Program-made: the position numbers and the translations under genes
The notes under the pieces: generated by a model
What the model was told of the DNA's origin: nothing
What the model saw: only the letters and a program-made list of their open reading frames with translations
Database searches by the model: none
Shown here: positions 8,532-17,573 of the stretch, in pieces
How the letters are laid out: the number at the start of each line of letters is the position of its first letter
How positions within the stretch are numbered: the first letter of the stretch is position 1
Assembly (NCBI GenBank): GCA_050331735.1
Contig: JBHJGN010000031.1
Location: 96,001-160,000, forward strand
DNA: 64,000 nt
Reading direction: 5' to 3'
Source of the DNA: Cyanophyceae cyanobacterium
GTDB lineage: Bacteria > Cyanobacteriota > Cyanobacteriia > Cyanobacteriales > JBHJGN01

Positions 8532-11278
8532 CCCTCTCCCCGTTTGAAGATTTTCTGCATCTTGCTGCTCTCGTTCGGATTGCTTTAAGAGGTCGCCGAG
8601 TCGGAGCCTATCTACTGACCAAGGGACAAGGCAAAAGCCTGCGCTTTGTCTTTGGGTTTGAGTGTCAGGGCATTCACGCCACGCCTCGCTCCTCAGAAAC
8701 CGTGGAGACTGTCTTTAGTAACTTAGAGTCTGGCTTAAAAGAACTGCCCGGCGGCGAACTCCTCACGATCCACATGGGGTCATTCCGCGAGGAACGTCAG
8801 CGACAGGCTGAACTCGCTTCTCTGGTCCGCCACGCGCCCAACCTGGAGTCAAAATTTTTGCTAACCGGAGAACGCGCGCGAGTCCAGGAATTGACTCGAC
8901 TCGGCGTTCGCAAAGAGAAGTTCATTCGCATCTATGTAACCTACACTATTGAAACGGGTAACGTCGGCGCTCAAGATGCGGTAGAGAAGATCCTGGCACA
9001 GATGCAGGGAGTGTGGCATCGGTACACGGGTCAAAGAGAAGAAATGAAACAACGCCAGCTTCAGGAAAGTTTCACCCTAGCTTTTACTGACGGCTTTTGC
9101 CGCTGGGAGCAGATTCTCACCAATAAAATGGGGCTACCGCTGCGCCCCCTCGACGAGCAAGAACTGTGGGATGGTCTTTGGTCGCGATTCAACAGCAGCG
9201 AACCGACGCCGATTCCGCAACTGATTACGCTTGATAGTCGGGGCATAGCAGAAGAAATCAGAACAAAAACTCATGCAACCACGCTACTGCTCAGAGATCA
9301 TCTGCCGCAGGCAAGCGAATCTTGGCTAAAAGTTAAAGATCGCTACGTCGGCGCACTGACGTTTTTAGAAAAGCCAAGCGGTTGGGCCAATCGGTTAGCT
9401 CAGCTTCGCTATGTCTGGAACGTCATGGCCCGCGAACAGGTGCAGGATACCGAAGTATTTTGTCAATTGGCTCCAGCCAATCCTAAATTAGTGCAAATTG
9501 CCGTACAGCGGCTCCTCAAGCAATCTATCGTCACGGCTGACCTTGCCGAAGAGAAACAGTCGGCGGATGTGGCAGCGAAAGTTAAAGCCGAGCGCTCCTA
9601 CGAAGCGCAAAAGCAGATGTACGAAGGGGCGACTCCTCTCTACACGGGCATGACTATTTTAGTTCACCGCGATCGCCTCAGCGACCTCGATGAAGCCTGT
9701 CGCTTTCTCGAATCCTGCTTTCAACGTCCGGCTTGGGTGACGCGCGAGCTGAACTACACCTGGAAGATTTGGCTCCAAACTTTACCGATAGTGTGGGAGC
9801 GCCTGCTGGCCGTTCCCTATGACCGTCGCCAGCTCTACCTCAGCGATGAAGCCCCCGCTTTCATGCCGTTGGTGACAACGCAATCGCTCGATAAGCAGGG
9901 CTTTCAGCTCATTGCCGATGAGGGAGGAGCACCTATTTATATTGACTTATTCACGCAGCACCGCAACCTGGCTCTGTTTGCCACTACTCGTGCCGGCAAA
10001 TCGGTGCTTGTTGCCGATATCCTCAAGCAAGCATTAGCTCACCAGATGCCCATCGTGGCCATCGACTTCCCAAAGCCAGACGGCAGCAGTACTTTTACCG
10101 ACTTTACCCACTTTATGGCTCACAACGGAGCCTACTTCGATATTTCCCGCGAGTTCAACAATCTCTTTGAGAAACCCGACTTGCGGGTTTTAGAGCCTGA
10201 CGAACAGGAGTCCCGCTTTCTCGACTACCGCGACTTCCTAGAAGGAGCGCTGATGACAATGGTAGGCGGGAATAGTCGAGACCCGTTACTGGGTCAAACA
10301 ATTCGGTCTTTACTCAATTTGGCCCTCAACGCCTTCTTTGCCGATTCCCACATTGACCAGCGATATCAAGCCGCTCTAGAAGCGGGAATCGGCTCACCCG
10401 CGTGGCACAATATTCCCACTCTTCGAGACTTCCTTGAATTCTGTTCTCCGCAGCATCTCAATTTAGAATCAATTTCCGGCAACGTCAACGAAGCTCTTCA
10501 GCAAATTATCCTGCGCCTTCAGTTTTGGCTCGGCAGTCGCGTCGGTCGAGCGATTTCGCGTCCTTCGAGCTTTCCGACTAATGCTCAACTGATCGTCTTT
10601 GCGCTAACGAATCTATCCAACGAAGAAGATGCGGCGATTTTAGCGCTGTCGGCGTACTCAGCCGCGTTGCGTCGCGCCCTTGCTGCCCCTGCGTCTATCT
10701 TTTTCATTGATGAAGCCCCCATTCTCTTTGAATTTGAGGAAATTGCTAGCTTGGTGGGGAGGCTGTGCGCAAACGGTGCTAAAGCCGGAGTTCGAGTCAT
10801 TCTCAGCGCTCAAGACCCCGATACCATTGCTAAATCGCAACATTCATCGAAGATCTTCCAAAACCTCAGCACCAGATTAATTGGTCGCATTCAACCAGCA
10901 GCGGTGGAGAGCTTCGAGCGCATTCTTAAGTATCCGCGCGAGATCGTTGCCAAAAATGCTGGCGAAAGCTTCTTTCCGTCTCGCTCAGGAATCTACAGTC
11001 AGTGGCTGCTTGATATTGATGGTCTTTACACCTACTGTCGCTTCTATCCCGCTTACGTCCTGCTGGCAGCAGTGGCGAACAACCCAGATGAGCAGATTGT
11101 GCGTCGCTGGTTCTTGCAGCACTACGAGGATAAGTTTATTGCGCTGACAGAGTTTGCCAAACATTTAGTCAACTCGATTCGCAACGGTCAACCCCTGCGT
11201 ATTCCTCAGCAAGCACCGCAACCTCTTCTTGACGTTTCATCTGAACTGAAAAGCTTGAACGGAGCTGGTTCTAAATAG
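8471..11278 (+). CDS. virB4: VirB4-like T4SS ATPase
   Basis: ~935 aa; Walker A ATTRAGKS, Walker B FFIDEAPIL and LCANGAKAGVRVILSAQD. ATG 8471 is preferred over GTG 8420. Confidence 0.9.
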   Translation: MAQTKKKLGKKRVGFKKNKVTLSPFEDFLHLAALVRIALRGRRVGAYLLTKGQGKSLRFVFGFECQGIHATPRSSETVETVFSNLESGLKELPGGELLTIHMGSFREERQRQAELASLVRHAPNLESKFLLTGERARVQELTRLGVRKEKFIRIYVTYTIETGNVGAQDAVEKILAQMQGVWHRYTGQREEMKQRQLQESFTLAFTDGFCRWEQILTNKMGLPLRPLDEQELWDGLWSRFNSSEPTPIPQLITLDSRGIAEEIRTKTHATTLLLRDHLPQASESWLKVKDRYVGALTFLEKPSGWANRLAQLRYVWNVMAREQVQDTEVFCQLAPANPKLVQIAVQRLLKQSIVTADLAEEKQSADVAAKVKAERSYEAQKQMYEGATPLYTGMTILVHRDRLSDLDEACRFLESCFQRPAWVTRELNYTWKIWLQTLPIVWERLLAVPYDRRQLYLSDEAPAFMPLVTTQSLDKQGFQLIADEGGAPIYIDLFTQHRNLALFATTRAGKSVLVADILKQALAHQMPIVAIDFPKPDGSSTFTDFTHFMAHNGAYFDISREFNNLFEKPDLRVLEPDEQESRFLDYRDFLEGALMTMVGGNSRDPLLGQTIRSLLNLALNAFFADSHIDQRYQAALEAGIGSPAWHNIPTLRDFLEFCSPQHLNLESISGNVNEALQQIILRLQFWLGSRVGRAISRPSSFPTNAQLIVFALTNLSNEEDAAILALSAYSAALRRALAAPASIFFIDEAPILFEFEEIASLVGRLCANGAKAGVRVILSAQDPDTIAKSQHSSKIFQNLSTRLIGRIQPAAVESFERILKYPREIVAKNAGESFFPSRSGIYSQWLLDIDGLYTYCRFYPAYVLLAAVANNPDEQIVRRWFLQHYEDKFIALTEFAKHLVNSIRNGQPLRIPQQAPQPLLDVSSELKSLNGAGSK

Positions 11279-11324
11279 GTAGGGATCGCCCGCTCAACAA
11301 GCTGGATAACTCAGGAGTATAGCG

Positions 11325-11777
11325 ATGTTTCAACAATTTAAAAGCCTACGCCGAATAGCCGTCGCCTTCCTCTTGCTGGCTGCTGCGACGGTAATTTTAG
11401 AGCGCCATTGGGCGATCGCTAATTCACCCTCAACCCTTCCACCACACGAGGAAACTATGTTTCGGTTTGAAAATTTCGATCGCGCCGGCAACGACCGAGA
11501 AATTGAGCAGGCAATCAAGAAACGGCTGCTTGACATGCATCCCATTGGTTCTGATCCTGATGAGCTAATCGAAAGTCTAGAAGCTGCTGAAGCTTACTGT
11601 CGCGATGAGTCATCCCAGGACCAAGAATTTTCTACGCATCTGTGTCGGTATCGATACCCTCTTGGCATTCCCGTCAGCAACCCTCGGTTTACGGCAGAAG
11701 CGTTTCGGTCAGTCACAATTTACTACGACGAAACTGGCATTGTTGATATTGAAGTGAGCGTTGCTCATACTGCATAG
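11325..11777 (+). CDS. Exported hypothetical protein; candidate periplasmic immunity protein
   Basis: Sec-type signal/TM (RRIAVAFLLLAAATVIL..AIA), 150 aa, two Cys, RBS AGGAG; lies directly upstream of the candidate effector. Confidence 0.6.
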   Translation: MFQQFKSLRRIAVAFLLLAAATVILERHWAIANSPSTLPPHEETMFRFENFDRAGNDREIEQAIKKRLLDMHPIGSDPDELIESLEAAEAYCRDESSQDQEFSTHLCRYRYPLGIPVSNPRFTAEAFRSVTIYYDETGIVDIEVSVAHTA

Positions 11778-11822
11778 CTTTCATAGCTAAGAACATCCAG
11801 GATTGGAATAGGAGTGCGCTAA

Positions 11823-12698
11823 ATGGGACATAAAATCGAGGTCAGATCCTACGAAATTGACCAGCTAGACGAAACAGAGAACAATAATTGGTTTAATCGC
11901 GCTGTTGATGCAAGTCATGCTTTTATTGTGTATGCAGATGACCAAGGCAATGAGCAAATTCTGCGAGGCGGACCGAATCCAGAGACGGGCAACATTTTAG
12001 CGAATTACGGAGAATACAGTCAAAACGGTGTAGATGGAACGAACCCCGTTAGTTGGAGAGGCGAACCGCTGCGAGAAACACCAAGAGAAATTCGCTCTGT
12101 TGTGGTTGCTGAGGGAGGAGCAGAACTCGCCGCCGTTTTTGCCGCGATGAAGGAGCAGGCAGACGCAATTAATAAGGCACGAATTCCCTACATTGCTTGG
12201 GGACACAACGTCCAAAACAGTAACTCGGTTGTCGCTACGGTACTAGAAGAAGTTGGACTAGAGCCGAATTTTCCTCCGGGTTGGCACCCTGGGAGGAACG
12301 TCAATCTACTGGAGGAACATTTTCGGCAAGGAAATTCCAAACCAAGCAGCGCTCCTGCCTCTAGCCCATCACCAAAGGGTGAATCTAAGCCCACTGCTCA
12401 GCTACCTGCTAATGCTTACGAACAGGTTGCTGCTTACGTGCGTAATGCTTTAGCTAGTCCCAATTTAGCTGGATTAGCACTGGACAACCGCATTGCCCAA
12501 GCACTGATCAATGGCGAGACTGATCAAGCTGCTGCCAAAATTTTGAGCCAAAGTCCTAACGCACAGCAGGCAATGCAAGCAGGAAAACAGCCGGAAGCCT
12601 TTAGCTACATTCAAGCCAGACTAGAGCAGGGAACACAGTTAAATAATCAAACAGCTCAGGTGCAGTCGAACCGCGAACCAGAAATGAGGCTAGAGTAG
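11823..12698 (+). CDS. Candidate T4SS effector: N-terminal hydrolase-like domain, P/S linker and helical C-terminal domain
   Basis: RBS AGGAG and no signal peptide. HAFIVY..G.E.ILRGGP and PY...QNSNSVVATVL resemble permuted papain-like (PPPDE/LRAT/DUF3750-type) motifs. Linker KPSSAPASSPSPK; C-terminal LDNRIAQ..KILSQSP..Y..Q-rich..EMRLE. Confidence 0.6.
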   Translation: MGHKIEVRSYEIDQLDETENNNWFNRAVDASHAFIVYADDQGNEQILRGGPNPETGNILANYGEYSQNGVDGTNPVSWRGEPLRETPREIRSVVVAEGGAELAAVFAAMKEQADAINKARIPYIAWGHNVQNSNSVVATVLEEVGLEPNFPPGWHPGRNVNLLEEHFRQGNSKPSSAPASSPSPKGESKPTAQLPANAYEQVAAYVRNALASPNLAGLALDNRIAQALINGETDQAAAKILSQSPNAQQAMQAGKQPEAFSYIQARLEQGTQLNNQTAQVQSNREPEMRLE

Positions 12699-12935
12699 GG
12701 CTTGCATCAAGCTTTTGAAGGGTTTTTGCTCTGAAAGACAAGGAAATTTCACAAAATCTATAACTAAGATAGATTAATTAAAGCTTTTATGAATATTGCT
12801 GCTATTGGCACCAATATTCTTTAACAAACAATATCAGAAAGCTATATTTGTAGACAAGAACCAGCGACATCAGCAGTTGTACGAGTTGACAATTGCTTTC
12901 ATATTTCCTCACTCAATTTCTTTAGGAGCCTGTAA

Positions 12936-13829
12936 ATGTCCAACCAACCAAAAGCTATCAGCATTAGGAGAACTCGTCGGGTGGCGATCGCTGGTAGCCT
13001 ATCGTTAATCTTACTAGCCTGGAGCGCTAAACCTGCTAAAGCCGGAATCTTTGGTGGTTTGTTTGGCTACTTTACTAACTATATTGAAAATTTTGTCAAC
13101 GAAGTCGCATCTTACTACATCGATTATGTAGACGATTTTATTGATTACGTCGAACTGGGTGCGGATGTTTTAATGGGCAAATTAGAAGAGCGTTTACCGA
13201 GCATGATTGCAACGACAGTATTAGGCGATGACAAATGGATCGATCCAGAAACCTACAGCCCAGGAGCACTGGGATTGCCTAGCCCCATTGAGTTGACAAC
13301 ACAGATTAAAAAAGATATCTACGAAGGCAATGCAGCTTCTTTAGGTCTCGAAACCACTGCTGGCGGACGAGCCGAAGAAGAAGCAAGACGCAGCGAACGA
13401 GCGTTATCTAAAGAGATTAGTGATGCTGTATATCTAAGTCAGGAAGCTCAGGAACAGCATCAGATTAATATTGAAGAGACTCAAGCTTTGGTAGAGAGAA
13501 CTAACGAAGTTTCTAAAGCCTCAGCAGGGCTATCGGAGAAGGCGGATGCTGCCAACTCTAGTCAAGAGGTGTTGAAGCTGTTATCGCAACAAATTGCCCT
13601 TGATTCTCGGCAAAATGCCGAACTAACCTCGCTTGTCGGCAGCTTGAAAACGCAGCATTTGATGGCAACGATGGTTGAGCAAAGTCAAGTGGCGGCAGTA
13701 ATCCAGCAGTCTGAGTATTTAGCTGGACTTTACAGAAGCGAGGGTCTGAAAAAACAGATTAGCGGTGCTAATACAATTAGAGCCGGAAAAAATCTTCAGG
13801 GCTACGCGACGTTTGTCGGAGGACTGTAG
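12936..13829 (+). CDS. VirB5/TrbJ-like secreted T4SS component
   Basis: Signal peptide ending PAKA, GLPSP motif, long coiled-coil with A.SSQEVLK; lies between virB4 and virB6. Confidence 0.6.
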   Translation: MSNQPKAISIRRTRRVAIAGSLSLILLAWSAKPAKAGIFGGLFGYFTNYIENFVNEVASYYIDYVDDFIDYVELGADVLMGKLEERLPSMIATTVLGDDKWIDPETYSPGALGLPSPIELTTQIKKDIYEGNAASLGLETTAGGRAEEEARRSERALSKEISDAVYLSQEAQEQHQINIEETQALVERTNEVSKASAGLSEKADAANSSQEVLKLLSQQIALDSRQNAELTSLVGSLKTQHLMATMVEQSQVAAVIQQSEYLAGLYRSEGLKKQISGANTIRAGKNLQGYATFVGGL

Positions 13830-13835
13830 GCGCTG

Positions 13836-13949
13836 GCGAATAAATTTGCGGCTACAAAAACCAAGTTTGTCTTCATAGATTCTAGACAATCAAGAGTTTA
13901 AGCAACCTGCGCGGCAGGTTCTGTTAGGGTGACAGCGGTTTTAGCCGCT
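13836..13949. repeat. Degenerate cyanobacterial palindromic REP/MITE-like element
   Basis: Nested hairpins GCGAAT-AA-ATTTGC(GGCTAC), AACCTGC-GCG-GCAGGTT and AGCGGTT-TT-AGCCGCT immediately after the virB5-like stop. Confidence 0.5.
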
Positions 13950-14065
13950 AATAACCTCAAAGTTAATGCAGATTTTCTGCCGTAGAAGCGTTAGTTTCTT
14001 GGCCAAGATGGGAACGATAAAAATGTAGCTGGTTCATAGTTGCTAGTGCCCTTGGACCATTGATA

Positions 14066-14785
14066 ATGATGAGATTTTTTTCTGTACGCCTAATCAGCAT
14101 AGCTGTTGTTCTGTTTCACCTTTCCCTACTAGGAGGAACGATGAGGCTGCCATCAGCACAGGCTCAATCTAACCCTCCTCTAAACTTTGACCCGACTGCC
14201 CCAACTCCTGCGCCAACTCCAACAACTTCCAATAACCAGGACTTCTTCTGCGGTCAGGGATGGGAATTTAATGGCTTTCCCTATGACTTGTTTGCCTGGG
14301 AGGAGATTCCTTGGGGTATGCCGGGAGATGAGTTTTTAAGAAGATACAAACAGCGAGTAGAGGAGTGTTCGTCAACAGTTTTTAGTGGTGAGCGAGGAAT
14401 AAATGCTACCCATTCATTTGAGAATAAGAGTCAGAAAGATCATACAACTGTATATTTTAGATTTCATGGAGAAAACAATACTCTTTCCGAAATTTATCTA
14501 AATCGTGTTCCCAGTTACATGAGAGATTATCTCTTGCAGCATTATGGAGTGCCTGCTCAAGCCAACTACACGCCAGTCAAAGTTCGTGTTGGTTGTGTTC
14601 GTGAAGGGATTGTCTGTCCTCCTGTCTTTGAATACCGAGGAGAGGAACTCTGGAGTGGAATCTGGCGGCTGTCAGAGACCTTCATTCAGTTAGGCACGCC
14701 CAATAGCATAACTATTAAACCCGTTGACTCTGACCTACAAAGTCGTCCTGTGTGCGATGAGTTTCTGATCTTCAAATTTTGTTAG
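14066..14785 (+). CDS. Secreted hypothetical protein within the T4SS cluster
   Basis: Signal peptide ending AQA, P/T-rich linker, IPWGM motif, six Cys. Confidence 0.7.
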   Translation: MMRFFSVRLISIAVVLFHLSLLGGTMRLPSAQAQSNPPLNFDPTAPTPAPTPTTSNNQDFFCGQGWEFNGFPYDLFAWEEIPWGMPGDEFLRRYKQRVEECSSTVFSGERGINATHSFENKSQKDHTTVYFRFHGENNTLSEIYLNRVPSYMRDYLLQHYGVPAQANYTPVKVRVGCVREGIVCPPVFEYRGEELWSGIWRLSETFIQLGTPNSITIKPVDSDLQSRPVCDEFLIFKFC

Positions 14786-14787
14786 CC

Positions 14788-16035
14788 ATGCTTCCAGGAG
14801 TAGTAAAGTTTACTCATTTATCATTCTGGCTGCTGGTGCAAGCTGGAGATACTTGTGATGGCGCTGGTAATTTTGACCTAGATCTCTCGGATCAGTTTGC
14901 TGAGGATGTCACGGTAGCAGAAAAAGTCAAGGAGAGTTTTGATGGACTGTGGGATGTGGCGCTATCTCCTACCAGTTTTGTTTATAGTTCTCTCTCTGAT
15001 ATTGGTCTACTGTTAGCAGTAGTTACCGTTACTGTGTTTATAGTACGTTGGGGGCGGGAGTTATTAGAGTCTGGAATTTCCAGTAAATCGTTTGGAGAAA
15101 TTATTTGGCCCTTAGTTGTAGCAGTTTTCTTAAGTAACAATGGACAAATTCTCGCTAGCACGACTCGCGCTATGCAGAACTACGTTCAAGAGCAGGAGGA
15201 AACAATTGTCAACGGAGCGTTTCTGGATGTGTTTATTGGAGAAACTCTTGAATCGGCTTTTCGGCAGTTAGTTGGTATCACGACAGTTCCTTTGGGCATT
15301 GGCTCGATTTTAGCTCAGTGTACTAGTCACGAAAATCCAGCGTTTTGCTTATCAGGACCACCAGTATATGAAGGAGAGGAAATTGAGAGATTTGAGTCTG
15401 GGGCGCTTCAACAGGCAATTTGTGCTTTGAATCCTTATGTAGAATCAGGAGAAAATCCTAAATTAGCTCAGCTCAGCAAAGAACTCGAAAAAGAACAAGA
15501 GAAGTTACATTCAATCCTTAAAAACGAAGTGCCAGGTTCTTCTGATGAAGAAGATACTTTCACTGTAGGCATTCCGCCTGAAATATACAAACTTATGTCT
15601 GCGAGTGAGGATTCTGGGTTGATGCAGTTCTTTATGGGGTCTGGAGCCGCATTTGTGTGGTTGACTGAACTCGCACTATTTATTACTGCCCTACTTGGAC
15701 CTCTCGCTCTTGGCTTGAGCCTGCTGCCTGTTGGCGGAAAAGCAGTCTTCGCTTGGCTGACAGGCTTCCTCTCTGTTGCTTTTGCAAAGCTGTTTTATTT
15801 CATTTTGACGGGGCTATCTTCGATTGTGGTGCTCGATGCTATTCAGGATGTGTCCCTAACAGACTTTGTGGACTCGATTCTGGTGGGAATCTTTGTCGGA
15901 GCACTGGCACCGCTGCTTTCCTTGGCAGTGTGCGTGAGCGGCGGTCGAGCGGTATTTCAAAGTTTAGTCGGCTACGTAGTTCCGGCGGTTGATTCGACGG
16001 TGCGGCGGCGGCAGATTTATCGAGCAGGAAAGTAA
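14788..16035 (+). CDS. VirB6/TrbL-like polytopic membrane protein
   Basis: N-terminal TMs with IIWPLVVAVFLSNNG, a Cys-containing loop, and C-terminal TMs ELALFITALLGPLALGLSLLP..K...AWLTGF. Confidence 0.8.
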   Translation: MLPGVVKFTHLSFWLLVQAGDTCDGAGNFDLDLSDQFAEDVTVAEKVKESFDGLWDVALSPTSFVYSSLSDIGLLLAVVTVTVFIVRWGRELLESGISSKSFGEIIWPLVVAVFLSNNGQILASTTRAMQNYVQEQEETIVNGAFLDVFIGETLESAFRQLVGITTVPLGIGSILAQCTSHENPAFCLSGPPVYEGEEIERFESGALQQAICALNPYVESGENPKLAQLSKELEKEQEKLHSILKNEVPGSSDEEDTFTVGIPPEIYKLMSASEDSGLMQFFMGSGAAFVWLTELALFITALLGPLALGLSLLPVGGKAVFAWLTGFLSVAFAKLFYFILTGLSSIVVLDAIQDVSLTDFVDSILVGIFVGALAPLLSLAVCVSGGRAVFQSLVGYVVPAVDSTVRRRQIYRAGK

Positions 16036-16068
16036 ACAGATAAGCATTTTTGTAAGGGATTGAGGGCT

Positions 16069-16818
16069 GTGGTGCAGATACTTCCAGAGAAAAAATCGAG
16101 AAACTACCTAGCGCTGTTTGTGCTGCTTACCGTGATTATGCAGGGGGCGAGTGTGCTGCTGCTGCTCTTTCAGGGGGCAATTATCAATCGCCTGAGCAAA
16201 AACCCGCCCACTCTGGTACAGCTTGTGGATGGAGAATCGATTCGCGTCGAGCCGATGGATTACCTAGAGCGTACGCCCCAAACAATCCGCGAGTTTGTTG
16301 AAGATACCATGACCATGCTAATGACCTGGTCGGGGGAACTTCCGGTCGAGTCGGCGCAGGATGAAAAGGTGCCGAGGCGCGACCCAGGAGTGACGATAGC
16401 GACGGAATCGGGTCGCTCTCAAAGGATTGCCACCTCTACCTGGCAAGCAGGATTTGCTCTTTCTGAAGACTTTCGGGTTGAGTTTTTGCAGGAACTGACT
16501 CGCCTCACTCCTCAGCGAATCTTTAGCAGAAATCAGGATACGCAGGTTGTTTTGGTGATACTCGATTTGTCTGAACCGAAGAAGATTGAAGAGGGTAAAT
16601 GGAAGCTGGCAATGGTCGCTAACTTACTGTTTTTTAGGGACGGTAGTTCCCTCGGAGAGGGAGTCCCGTTTAACAAAGAAGTTTATGTGCATACTGTCGT
16701 TGCGCCAGAAGTGCCTGATGATGCGACTCCTCTAGCTCGGAAAATTTATCAGGTGCGACAAGCTGGCTTGGAAATCTACGCCATGCGTGATTTAGAGGCG
16801 GAGGAAATTTTGGAGTAG
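16069..16818 (+). CDS. VirB8-like T4SS protein
   Basis: One TM, then PPTLVQLVDG, R.PQTIREFV..TM..LMTWSG, FALSEDFR.EFL and FNKEVYV; follows virB6. Confidence 0.75.
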   Translation: MVQILPEKKSRNYLALFVLLTVIMQGASVLLLLFQGAIINRLSKNPPTLVQLVDGESIRVEPMDYLERTPQTIREFVEDTMTMLMTWSGELPVESAQDEKVPRRDPGVTIATESGRSQRIATSTWQAGFALSEDFRVEFLQELTRLTPQRIFSRNQDTQVVLVILDLSEPKKIEEGKWKLAMVANLLFFRDGSSLGEGVPFNKEVYVHTVVAPEVPDDATPLARKIYQVRQAGLEIYAMRDLEAEEILE

Positions 16819-16911
16819 ATATACCTCTATAGAATGGGGGAAAAGAGTAAGGGAGAAAGGAAACTCAAAATTCGATAAAGTGGGGATACATAAAGTGACA
16901 GGGATCAAACT

Positions 16912-17478
16912 GTGACAACGCTGGTTAAGTGGACGGTTGAAGACTATCACCGGATGATTGAGGCAGGTATCCTCTCCGAACGACGCTGCGAGTTAATCGG
17001 AGGAAAAATCGTTGAGATGGCGCCGGAAGGACCGCTGCATCGGTTTATCAATGAAACGGTCGGTGACTATTTACGCCAGCAATTGGGAACTGCGGCTCTC
17101 GTTTCAGAAGCTCATCCCATTACTCTCGTAGATTCAGAACCAGAACCAGATATTGCCATTATTCAACCTCCTCGGAGTCGATACAGGAATCGCCATCCTG
17201 CCCCCCAGGATATTTACTGGCTAATCGAAGTTGCCGATACGACCCTTGCTGAAGATACAGGGGAAAAATTGACAGCGTATGCTAAAGCAGGTATCCCTGA
17301 GTATTGGGTCATCGACGTTCAGCGATCGCAAGTCAAAGTCTTTCGCCAGCCCCTCGAAGAGCAATACCGAAGCGAGACAACTGTGACGGCGGGAACAGTT
17401 TCGCCACTAGCCTTTGCTGATGTTGCCATTTCTGTAGAACGATTGTTGGGGGTAAGGAATAGCGAGACTCAGCTTTAG
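16912..17478 (+). CDS. Uma2-family (PD-(D/E)xK) endonuclease-like protein
   Basis: WTVEDYHRM, ELIGG.IVEM, SEPEPD, LIEVADTT and YAKAGIPEYWVID. Confidence 0.9.
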   Translation: MTTLVKWTVEDYHRMIEAGILSERRCELIGGKIVEMAPEGPLHRFINETVGDYLRQQLGTAALVSEAHPITLVDSEPEPDIAIIQPPRSRYRNRHPAPQDIYWLIEVADTTLAEDTGEKLTAYAKAGIPEYWVIDVQRSQVKVFRQPLEEQYRSETTVTAGTVSPLAFADVAISVERLLGVRNSETQL

Positions 17479-17573
17479 CCTTGGCGAGCGATCGCACCGA
17501 TGCCAAGTTGCCATTTGAGACAATCTTCTATTCACAATACTCACTAGACGAGTAGTTGTTTCATGGTTTCGAC

